Source: Selaginella moellendorffii (Eukaryota > Plantae > Lycopodiophyta). From it: DNA of 64,000 bases. Where the stretch lies: contig NW_003314273.1 in NCBI RefSeq assembly GCF_000143415.4, positions 2,480,719-2,544,718 on the forward strand. The letters run 5' to 3'. Under the pieces are notes generated by a model. The model saw only the letters and a list, made by a program, of their open reading frames with translations, had not been told where the DNA came from and did no database searches. Below are positions 24,201-35,018 of this stretch, in pieces (position 1 is the first letter of the stretch; every line of letters begins with the position of its first letter). The position numbers were made by a program, and so were the translations under genes.

Positions 24201-26761
24201 AAAGAAGTATGAAATAAGGGGGAAAAGCTTCAAAATCACATTTGGCATGATTGCACTGCAACCAATCTATACCAAGGATAAGGTCAAAAGCTTGACTTAG
24301 CACCACTTGCAATGACTACAATCGAAGCTTGAGATTGCCCACACGCACATTTAGGTTTGTCTCATCCTATGCATATGCGTGTGTACAGCCGTTGCTATAA
24401 AAAATGAAAATTGACTCTACCGTATGATGCAAATGTAGATGGCAGCATGTGGCAATAGGTCGAGCATAGAAAATAAACTCAAACTTATATCAACTAACAT
24501 GGAGAGAATAATAGGAGACCTTTTGTTATAAAAACGAGCTTGGAAAGTAAACACTGGATAAACTAATGCCGAATAAACCCTTTGATGATACTCCTGAAAG
24601 AAAGATGGAGAGGCCACTAACTTATTTGCATAAGGTCCTTCTATTATTCGCATAACTCCTTGTTTCCCAAATGCATCTCAATGTTTAGACCTTCCACTAT
24701 AATAGCACCAACAGGACGTTGTTAACACCAAGGTTTCCACCTAGGAAATAGAGGTTGCAAATCCGAAAAACACCGGCAACTCCAACAAATGTAACCAATT
24801 TCATCACATGCCTAATAATGAACATCACGGCCATGACCATGTCCTTGCCCTTGTCCTTAAACTTAAGCAGTAGCAGCATTAACCTCTATTGGAACAAGAC
24901 CATCTCTCATAGGAAGTAGAGCTGAAGGACATGCAATAAGAAGTGGAAGAGGCGATATCTTATAATGTCATGCCAAACAAAGGGCATCATCAAGGGTGGT
25001 TAAAACAAGTGCATGCACAAGTCCTACAAGATTTTGACAAAGTGTTAGGCACAACATTCCCAGCTTGATTCACTCAACATATTTGGCTCCGCATGAAGCA
25101 AGAAGTTTCGGAAACAAATGCCAAATTGCATCACTGACTCAAATGGCCCTTGACAAAGATGATGCAATTGCTAGAAGGCATCATCACAATTATCGGCATG
25201 TCCGAATGCGCATTTAAAGATGTCTGGGAGAATATTTCAATCCTTATGAGTGGTTGTGTCAAACCATTGTACCAATGCAATGCTATCCCTTGGAGACACA
25301 TGGGAAACTCACATAAACGTCAAGCATCATCCCAAGAATGATATGTGGCAATCACTATTGTCGCAACTATGACTTTGGGTATCGAAAGTTATCTGTCGGC
25401 TAGTACTTTTGGATATTCTTTCTTTACTGCCACAACGGCAGGAGGTTGGTATTGTTGGACCCATTATTAGTTCCCACTTGAACTAGTTGAGAAACTAATC
25501 AATGACCATGCACTTAGATTTGATAAACATAAGGTAGGAACCCTATGTGTTTTTTGCTGAGCATACCCGGCCTTGTTTGAGAAACTTGTGTCATTGGCTT
25601 GCACTTGCTAGTATCAAGAACCCCCGCAATATTGAGCTTCGTCCCTTAATATTCGCTAAATAACAGCTTATTGTGTTCGCCAAACACCCTCACTATCATG
25701 CCCTTTGTGTTAGTCTCATTTCGGTCCCAAATGCTATTTATGGAAAGTGTCTAGATTTGCTCATTTGGCATATCTATGGAATATAGATATTGTTTTGAAC
25801 ACAATGGTGTTTGTCCCATGTCCAAATTTAAGAGTTAGTCTTTGGAACAAACTTAAAACTTTTTATGGAATGTCCTTGATATTAAGGGAGGCTTGGGGTG
25901 AAAGCCTAAAGTGTCTATTTCTCAAGGGCCGGGGGGGGGGAAGAGGTTATGGGGGGTTCTAAATGTAGGTAGGTCAAGCATGGCTAACTAATCTAAAAAA
26001 CAGTTTAGTTCCCACTTGCATGTTTGTTTTTGTTCTGCATTCAGTTTGGGTTTAAGCCCAAGCTTCACACCATGCTAGTTGGTGGAGTACCCATATCCTT
26101 ATGTTAATCCACTGGTATACTGAAATAGCATTAAACTCCGTTTGGCTCCGTTTTGTGTGTTAGTCTTGGCATTGGGATGTTAAATGTTCTAGGACTGTTC
26201 TAAATCGTTCCATGCTCTTGTCCACATTCCTTTGTTTAGTGTCCCAAGGCTCTGAAACTCGATTTATGTTTCGCTTCATGGTTATCCTATGGTAAATCAC
26301 TATAAGATAAACCATGTGCACTACAAGTGATTGAGCCTATGGTACACATCATCCCTAAGATTTGCATGAAAGAACTCTGGTTAAACATGAGGATTGGCAT
26401 TAAGAGCAAGAAGAGCTATACCACGTGCTATGAATGCTGTCATTAATTAAGTTTAGTTGTTCAATTACAATCACATAATATTGAACAATTGCATCAATTG
26501 TTGCTCCAGAGTCAAAAGAGGAGAAAACTGTTACTCTACCATATAGATGAATGAAAAGGAAAGGGCAAAAGAAAAGAAATGAAAAAATTAAAAGGAAAGG
26601 GAAATTTAGACAATTCAAAAGTTAAATTTAAACCAAAATCTTGAAAGGAAATAACAAAAGAAAAGAAATGAAAAAAAACAATGCAAAAACTAAATTTAAA
26701 CCAAAATCCTAAATTCAAGCACTCCTTAGGGACAATTAAAGGTGCCTCTCATTTTCACTAA

Positions 26762-26937
26762 TGTAAGTGCATGGAATATAGAAAGGGAATATAATAAATG
26801 TACATCTTAATTAGCCCAAAAACCTTAATTTATATACAAGAGTGAGTGATCTCAATTTAAATCAATCTAACAACTATTAAAATTTCACTATGTTAATATT
26901 AGTATATGGCATTTTAGCTGTACACTTAGACCTCACA
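26762..26937 (-). repeat. 5' LTR of the gypsy element
   Basis: TGTAAGTGCATGGAATATAGAAAGGGAAT...ACCTCACA followed by the CCAT TSD. Confidence 0.85.
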
Positions 26938-27202
26938 CCATTAATTTATCCTTTTTTGTTTTAAAAAAAAATCCTAGAATATACTCTTTAAAGGAGATAA
27001 GTTTAGATACGAGAATATGCCTTAGACCACGTCACTTCCACGTCTAATCCCCGTCATTTTTGTACGACTCCGGGTTTAACGAATATACTTTGGTGCTCTC
27101 ATGTCATCTTCACAGCCTCATCCTGTCGCCAGCAAATAGAGACTTCCTTCGTCTAAAGCCCTCGTGTTCTCCCGTCTCTCCGAGTAGGGTACCGCGGGGG
27201 CG

Positions 27203-30200
27203 ATGGATCGGTGGGCTATGGCGCCGGCAATGCTGATCGCCGCCACAGGGTTCTGCTCGATCTTCTTATTTCGATGCGTTACCGCGCAGCAAACTAATGT
27301 CACCGATCCGAGAGAAGGTAAGCGCGAGCTCTGTATTTCGAGGATTTCCTTCCCATTCTGGTCGATTTCGATTTCTCCGCACAGTGAGCGCACTCAGGGC
27401 ACTGGGCACCTCGATTGGCCTGTCCCCGCCGTGGGATTTCAGCGTGGATCCTTGTAGCGGTGCCGCGGGATGGGGTGAGGATACCGGCACGAATCAGTTC
27501 CGGAGGCGCAGCGCGATTCAATGCGATTGCTCCATTGGAAGTGACGGTGTCTGTCACGTAACTAGGATGTGAGTATAGTAGCGTTTCTTTTGTGTTTTTT
27601 ATAGCTTTGCTGGTTTCTCTGATATATCTTCCAGAGCGATCGTAAGCATGAACGTGAGAGGCCAAATTCCTCCAGAGATTGGAAACTTTCCCTACATGAA
27701 TGATTTGTAAGTAGGAAGGATCTTGCATCGGGCCTTGCCAACGCTTCTTTTTGACAGGAATTTCCAAGCCAACCTGATAACCGGTGTGATCCCAGATGAG
27801 ATCGGTTTACTCTCCAACATGGAACATTTGTAAGTTTTCGCAGCAGTTTCTACGTTTCCGTCTCTTTTTGACCTTTGCTATGTAGAACTGTCGCATCGAA
27901 TAGACTTTCGGGGCCTATTCCAGGAACCATGGGAAATCTTACTCGACTGTTGACACTGTAAGTCAAATTTAAAGTAGCAAGTTGGATTCTAATAAAAAGC
28001 TTTGTTTCTTTTTCAGGAGTCTTGCTGTCAACAATTTTTCAGGAACTCTTCCGCAGGAAATTGGTAACCTGTCTTCACTGACCGAGCTGTAAGTTCTTGC
28101 ATTCATTTTCATGTCGACAACCAACTTGATTAGAACTGAAGGTACTTAGACTCTACTGGTCTAGGCGGGGAGCTCCCACCAGCCTTGAGAAATTTGCGAA
28201 GGCTCCAGACACTGTAAGCTTCTTAAGTCGGTGTGATGTTTACTTGTTTTCTTGGAACCAGAAATATTTTCGACAACAACTTCAATGGCTCGATACCGGA
28301 CTTCCTTGCAAACATGTCTAGTCTCCAAGTTTTGTAAGTGCAATAAATTCATTCTTACAAGTTTATGTGAATGCGGCTGCTTTGACAGAGCTATGTATGG
28401 GAACAAATTCACTGGTCCGCTTCCTGCATCTCTTGCCAATCTTACAAACCTGAGAGAATTGTAAGTCTGTGAAACTCTTCTTGAATTTCTAAATAGCTTA
28501 TTACATAGAGAACTGGGAGAAGTGTCAGCTGGAGGCTCAATACCGCCTAGCTACAATCGTTTGACTTCTCTAACAAAACTGTGAGTCGCCAGCCATGAAT
28601 CTTTCTTCTTTTAGCAGTTAGCATTTACTTTGGCTGTTATGCACCAGGTCCTTAAGGAACTGTCAGCTATCTGGTTTCATACCTGACCTGGGAAATCTTA
28701 CCCAGCTCACACACTTGTAAGCTTGCAGGAAGGTGTACAACTTGTAAGATGTATCTAACGAACGGTGTTATTGCAGGGATTTGAGTTTCAACAATCTGTC
28801 TGGGACAATTCCAGCATACTTAGCATCTATTGATAGTCTTAGCAGACTGTAAGTTTTTTCTTCTTGTTTTAAATCTAAAGGGAACCCGAGCATTTTCAGT
28901 TTCTTGGGAAGCAACAATCTAACTGGAGGCCTTCCGAACCAGCTATCGAGGATCGTCGACTTGTACGTAGACTGCAAAATCGTTCTCCTCTTCTAACCAA
29001 GTACATATTTGCATATACAGAGATGTATCGTTCAACAGGCTCACTGGACCTTTTTCTCAAATGAGCGAGTATGTGTTTTTTCTTTGCAACATGCTATTAA
29101 TTTTTCTAAACGTGCACAGGAATGCTACCATTATTGGCAATCAGTTCCAAGTTAATAGAACTCAAGGGTAAGGTTCTCTTCCTGTTTCAAGAAGGTTCAT
29201 CTCACCATGTTCTCGTTGCAGACAAAATGTGAATGCTGCTACATGTATACAGGATATAGCAAACTGCGGCAATGTGAACCAAAGAAACAGTTGAGTGATA
29301 TTTGCTGCATAAAGTCTTCGATTTCGATTGATTTAGACATATTTCCTTCTCAGATTTTCAATTCGCCATCAACTGTGGTGGACCTCAGATCACTTCAGAT
29401 GGGACAGATTTTAACGCAGACATGCAAAGTTCTTTGGACGGGGACTTCTATTCAACGGGAGGATGGGTAACTAGCAGCTCTGGTTTTGCGGAATCCTTTC
29501 AAGATAACCCCACTTGGTTTCAAAGCATAGAAGGCTCGGCTGGTCAGCAAGCTGTACTGTATCAAACCGCCAGAACTGCGCCAACATCCTTGAAGTACCT
29601 CGGAGTTGGGATGCAAAGTGGCTCATACACAGTACACCTCCAATTTGCAGAGATTATCATCGGCACTGGCCAGGATGGACCAGGAGTGGGTAGACGGTAT
29701 TTTGACATCTTTATCCAGGGGGACAGGAAGCTCAAAGATTTCAACATAAGGGAAGAAGCGAATGGGTCTCTTAGAGCTTTGACAAGGAGCTTCACTGCCG
29801 TTAATGTATCTAACGGCGTTCTCGACATTCATCTTCTTTGGATGGGAAAAGGAACTTGTTGTGCTCCATTCAGATCTTTTGGTCCTCTGATATCCGCAAT
29901 CCAAGTTCTACCTGGTATGTGTTAGATACTACTGAAGTTTGTCATCGTTCTAAACTTGCGTTTAACAGAATTTGAAACTGGTGGCGCGAGTCAGAGCGAA
30001 AACAGTTCCAGAGGCGTAAAAATAGGTGTTGGAATCTCCGTGCCACTCCTGGTGCTCTTTGTGGTTTCCGGTTATTTGTTGTGGAGGAAACGACACAGAA
30101 AGAACTTAGAGAACGACGATGAAGGTCACTTTTTTGTTAATGTTTTTGCGGATTATTCATACTAATGTTCTGTGTGATGCAGAGCTCAAACTTCTAGACG

Positions 30201-31486
30201 GAAAGCTGCATATGTTTTCTTACAATGAAATAAAAAACGCTACGGCAGGATTTGACCCCGCGAGATTGTTGGGAAAAGGAGCATTTGGCAAGGTCTACAA
30301 GGTAAAGTTTTCTTTATGCAGAAAGTGAAAAAAGCTAAAGTGTTTGGACTTTCAGGGGGTATTATCTGATGGTACGTTAGTAGCGATCAAGCAGCTTAAT
30401 AAGATGGGCGACAACACGGGCGATTTCGTGAACGAGGCCACACTTATCTCCACAGTGCAGCATCGCAATCTAGTCAAGCTCTATGGATGCTGCACCGAAG
30501 GAAACAATTGGATTCTTGTTTTCGAGTTTATGGAAAACAACAATCTGCATCAGGCGCTCTTGAGTAAGTACTTTAATCTAGTGCTTCCCTCATCCTCCAT
30601 GTATTCTGTAGGTCCCTCGGGGCGAAATATACACCTCAGCTGGCCAACTCGCTTCAACATATGCATTGGAGTCGCAAGAGGGCTCGCCTACTTGCACGAG
30701 GAGTCATCACCGCGTATTATACATCGAGACATCAAAGCTACCAATGTACTTTTGGATCAAGCTCTGGTGGCAAAGATAGCGGACTTTGGTTTGGCAAGGC
30801 TCTTCGAAGATCATCAGTCTCACATCAGTACGAGGGTTGCCGGAACAATGTGAGAGCTCAACTTGTAAGTGCTTGAGCTGATCTTCTCCGATTCTTCTTT
30901 CAGGGGATACCTGGCTCCAGAATACGCCCTGAGAGGCCAGCTGACCGAGAAGGCAGATGTCTACAGCTATGGAGTTTTGGCACTAGAAATCGTGAGCGGA
31001 AGAACCAATCTGGACACCACCAGTGAACACATGACCCATCTTCTCGATCACGTACGTATAAAGATCGACGAAATGTTCTACTTCTTAACTGCCGTCGATG
31101 ATCAGGCATGGGATCTGTACCAAAATGATAAGCTACGAGAGCTCCTGGACAAAAGAGCGGATGATGCGGACGAAGAACAAGTTCTAAGAACGATCAAGGT
31201 GGCGCTTCTTTGCACCCAAGCGACAGCATCACAGCGTCCAGCAATGTCCAAAGTTGTGGCGATGCTCACTGGCAGCGAGGAGGTGAAGGTGAGCTCCTTG
31301 CTCCCGGGATACTTCAGCGCCATGGACATGGTTCCGCGGATGCGAGAGCTGCTAAGCAAAGACCGAGAGAGCCGAGAGAGCCGATCGAGCAAAGATCCTA
31401 GCAGCAGTGCAAGCAGCAGCGCGATCGGGACTGACTCGCCATGGAGAGGATCTTCCTCGGCAAACAACGGTATACTTCCAAGGTAG
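27203..31486 (+). CDS. LRR-malectin receptor-like Ser/Thr kinase (LRR-VIII-2 type), intact, >20 exons
   Basis: Signal peptide, a series of ~72-bp single-LRR exons, malectin domain ([14 protein letters not shown]...LQFAEI...[11 protein letters not shown]...GPLISAI), TM helix, and kinase motifs [34 protein letters not shown]. Confidence 0.93.
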
Positions 31487-31640
31487 AGTCTCCATCTCTC
31501 GAGTTTTGAGCTTCCAGGATGATGCGAAGGACTTTACAATAGTACTCCAAGTTTTGAGCTTCCAGGACGATGCAAAATACTTCCACATATCTCTCGAGTT
31601 TTGATTACAACAGTATACTTCCAATGTAGAGTGGAAAGAA
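31470..31640. repeat. Degenerate minisatellite spanning the RLK stop codon and 3' UTR
   Basis: Recurrent units TACTTCCAA(GGTAGAG) and GAGTTTTGAGCTTCCAGGA(T/C)GATGC. Confidence 0.65.
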
Positions 31641-31704
31641 GCTTCATATATGAGCTTTATCAGCGAGATAGAGATAAAGATTGTGGGCGGTAAACCTAAA
31701 CTGT

Positions 31705-31990
31705 ATAGCGAAAATGCTGTAGAGATGGCAGGAATATGCCCAGCCCCGGCATCTCGAAAGAAAGCATCGATTCTTTAACCATTAAATCTCTCGCAAACGA
31801 CTATCTGTGAAAAAGAAAAGGAAGAAAGATAGGTTGATCAATATGATCGAAGAGGTTACCTCGTCTAAGTCTTTCAAATGTCTGTAGCTCGCCATTGCCA
31901 CCTCCATGGATTTGCTTTCTCGCAAACACGAGTAGACAGCCCTGTAGATGCTCCTAGAAATCCAAAACTTAGAAAAGTTTTTCCTAGCTC
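31705..31990. pseudogene. Duplication junction: first codons of PPR(44466) fused to an internally deleted SNI1 relic
   Basis: 31710-31770 matches 44440-44506. 31771-31795 matches 15394-15420 and 31805-31983 matches 15560-15738 (one SNI1 exon with its splice sites). Confidence 0.85.
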
Positions 31991-32097
31991 TTGCGCGTTT
32001 GCAAGCTTCGCATAGCCATGGTCGATCGAGCAGCACGAATGGGCAACGAGTGTGATAGCTTGATTGAGGCTCGCGAGACCATCGGCCGGGATCAGGG

Positions 32098-33924
32098 ATG
32101 AGCTGCCGCAATGGAAGAAATGCCGCCACTTCCACTTCCAGATCCTATTCATCTCTGGCAGATCCTATCAAGCTCCACTCCCTCCACGACGTGCTCGCGG
32201 CCATCGATTCCTTGAAATCCCCCCAAAGCATCGCGACCTACGCCTCTGCCATCCGACTTTGCGGGAATTCGAGATCGCTCTCCGCCGCCAGGCGAATCCG
32301 CGATCACCTCGTTGGAAATGGCTGGGATCGAAACACCTTCCTCGGCAATCTCCTGGTGGAATTGTTTGGCAAATGCGGCAGCTTGGACGAGTCCCGCCGG
32401 GCATTCGAGAGAATCGCGACGCCCAACACCTACTCATGGAACATCATGACGGCAGCCTACACCGGCAATGGGAATCTCCACGATGCCAGGAGGATCTTCG
32501 CCCAGATGCCCGACAAAGATATCGTGTCGTGGAACGCCATGGTTACCGCATATTCCCAGGCGCGGCATTTTCTGCCTGCACTAGACATGTTCGACAAGAT
32601 GCCGCAGTGGGATGTCTGGTCGTGGAACGCAATCATGAGGGTATATTCTCTGTCTGGCTCTCTCGACACCGCAAAGGATCTTTTTGACAAGATGCCTCAG
32701 CGGACAATCGTGTCCTGGAACACGCTGGTTGCGGAATATGCCCAGAAACGGCATCTCCGAGATGCCGTGGAAATGTTTGAGAAGATTCCAATGAGGGATA
32801 TGGTGCTGTGGAACGAGGTGGTCATGGTCTTCCTTGACGTGGGAATGGCGAACGAGGCCATCGAGCTCTTGGAGGCGATGCCGCAGCGCGATACCGTCTC
32901 TTGGAACACGCGAACGAAGGCGTTTGTGCAGATTGGAGATCTCGTAAATGCAAAGAGGTCGTTTGATTCCACTCCAAAGCCGGACTTGGCATCATTTACT
33001 ACAATGGTGGCGGCGTTTTCGCAGCAGGGGAAGCTCCGAAACGCGAGAGAGATGTTCGATCGGATGCCCTGTCGAGACACCGTGGCGTGGACGGCAATGG
33101 TCTCGGCTTATGCCCAAAACGGGCATGTCAGCAGCGCGAGAAATCTGTTCCATGAGATGCCAGAGAAGAACCTGGTGTCGTGGAATGCAATGGTGGCGGC
33201 TTACGGACAGAACTGCGATGGAGCTACTGCAGTTCATCTGTTTAGATTGATGGATCTTGAGGGTATTCAAGTGGATTCTATAAGTTTGGTGAGTGCTTTG
33301 GATGGATGTTCTTCGAAGACAGCTCTGGCCGAAGGGAGAATTCTCCATGCTGCTGCTGTGGAGCTGGGCTTTGATCAAGATACAACGGTTGCAAACTCGC
33401 TAGTTGCAATGTATGCGAGCTGTGGATGCCTTGGTGAAGCTCGCAAGCTGTTTGATGGAATTCTAGCAAAGAATGTGGTGTCTTGGTCGACCATGGTCGC
33501 TGCTTACGCACAGAACAGCAAGACTCATGAAGCACTTCACCTGTTTAGAACTATCCCGCTTGAAGGAGTGATGCCAAACGAGGTGACTCTCACAATTGTC
33601 TTAAGCCTGTGTAGTCAAACTGGTAAATTACACGATGCAAGGGAGAACTTCATACTTGTGACTGGAGATTTTGGAATTGAGGCACGAATGGATCACTTCA
33701 TGTGTATTGTGGATCTTATTGCAAGATCGGGGAGATTAGAAGTGGCAGAGGAGCTAATAAACAACATGCCATTTGAGGCAGATCCTTTGGCATGGAGGAC
33801 ACTGCTTAGTGCTTGTAGGAATCAAGAGAACTCAAAGCTTGGAGCCCAGATTGCTGGCCAAGCACTTGATGCAACAATGTCAGATTCAGCTTCTTATGTT
33901 CTCTTGTCAAATAGCTTCTGTTGA
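32098..33924 (+). CDS. PLS-class pentatricopeptide repeat protein with E-type C-terminus (608 aa, intronless)
   Basis: Tandem ~31-35-aa repeats (FDKMPQR..VSWN), C-terminal HFMCIVDLIARSGRL...MPFEAD..AWRTLLSAC...SYVLLSN. No DYW domain. Confidence 0.93.
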   Translation: MSCRNGRNAATSTSRSYSSLADPIKLHSLHDVLAAIDSLKSPQSIATYASAIRLCGNSRSLSAARRIRDHLVGNGWDRNTFLGNLLVELFGKCGSLDESRRAFERIATPNTYSWNIMTAAYTGNGNLHDARRIFAQMPDKDIVSWNAMVTAYSQARHFLPALDMFDKMPQWDVWSWNAIMRVYSLSGSLDTAKDLFDKMPQRTIVSWNTLVAEYAQKRHLRDAVEMFEKIPMRDMVLWNEVVMVFLDVGMANEAIELLEAMPQRDTVSWNTRTKAFVQIGDLVNAKRSFDSTPKPDLASFTTMVAAFSQQGKLRNAREMFDRMPCRDTVAWTAMVSAYAQNGHVSSARNLFHEMPEKNLVSWNAMVAAYGQNCDGATAVHLFRLMDLEGIQVDSISLVSALDGCSSKTALAEGRILHAAAVELGFDQDTTVANSLVAMYASCGCLGEARKLFDGILAKNVVSWSTMVAAYAQNSKTHEALHLFRTIPLEGVMPNEVTLTIVLSLCSQTGKLHDARENFILVTGDFGIEARMDHFMCIVDLIARSGRLEVAEELINNMPFEADPLAWRTLLSACRNQENSKLGAQIAGQALDATMSDSASYVLLSNSFC

Positions 33925-35018
33925 TCCTTTAAAAAAAAAATCAATTAACTATTACTTCATTTAAAAACTAAGTAAATAAAATAAAATTACATTTGATTAA
34001 GTATATGATTCTAACTGTAAAAAAAAAATTTAGGTGTGTTTCTTAAAATGGTCAATTGCATAGAGTACTTTCCTTCCAATAAATGTTAAAATTATATAAT
34101 ACTTCTTTTATATTTAATTGTTTTATTTAGAAACAATAAAAGATAAAATTAATAAAGTAGTTGTGAGGTTCAAATCAGTAGAAATGGATTAAGATGCTTA
34201 TATTTCCTGTGAAGACAATAAAAATTTAAATTAAATAGGATGTAATATAAGAAAAATAAAAGTTTCATTCTCAGATAATTCTAGAGCAAAAGGGTGTTAG
34301 TAGACAATGGACAATAAACAATTTTCAACATTTACCTCAATCTAATCTTAACAAATAAGGAACTTTTTATTAACTTGCAATATAAACATTACCTAGAAAA
34401 AGAATTAGCCATTGCTGAGAAAAAATAGGCTTTGATAATAATGTTTATGAAAACAAAACTTTAATTGAAGGCATTTTACACTTCAACATAGACATCAGCT
34501 TTGGATTGACTCTTTTCTTGTGGCTAAAGATCATAAGGTTGTTACTATTCTTGACTTAAAAGTATAAGTATCACAAACTTTATCATTGATTGTATTCATG
34601 TTTTCGAATTGGTTTCAAATTTCTAACAGTACTTCACCTGGCTGGACATCATAGGTACATTCAAAATGGAAACCCCCTTGGAAACCCCACCACAATTGGG
34701 GATGGAAAAGGAGTGTAACATGGAATTTGCAGCAGTCTTGTAGGGACAGCTCCTGGGGGTATTCAGGTCAAACCTCCTCATACCTGTATGGCAAGCTTGC
34801 CCTCCACAACAAATACTGTCTCACTCCAATCAGCCACTTCTTCTTCACCTTGGAAGGTCAGCGATGGTGTACTTATAGAAAAGACCAAGGACATCTAATC
34901 TTGCAGAGGAGCCCTAAATTGCTCAAAACTTATACTATCCAGCCGGGTGAACGCTTCCACCACCACCACCAGTGTCTGGCCTGTTAGCTCCATCTCAGAC
35001 CTCAGTCGCAGCACCAAA

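Larger units (their letters stand above)
21036..26937 (-). mobile_element. Degenerate Ty3/gypsy LTR retrotransposon (gag-PR-RT-RNaseH-INT)
   Basis: TG...CA LTRs at 21036-21201 and 26762-26937, a CCAT target-site duplication, and a PPT (GAGAGGAGGGGATGA on minus) next to the left LTR. Protein relics: gag CLQGIALHWY, protease DLILGIDWL, RT FGYCISRKGLQVDP, RNaseH NYSTIEKECL, integrase GVDFMGPFP / ILSDN / WKGPYQV. Many stops and frameshifts. Confidence 0.9.
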
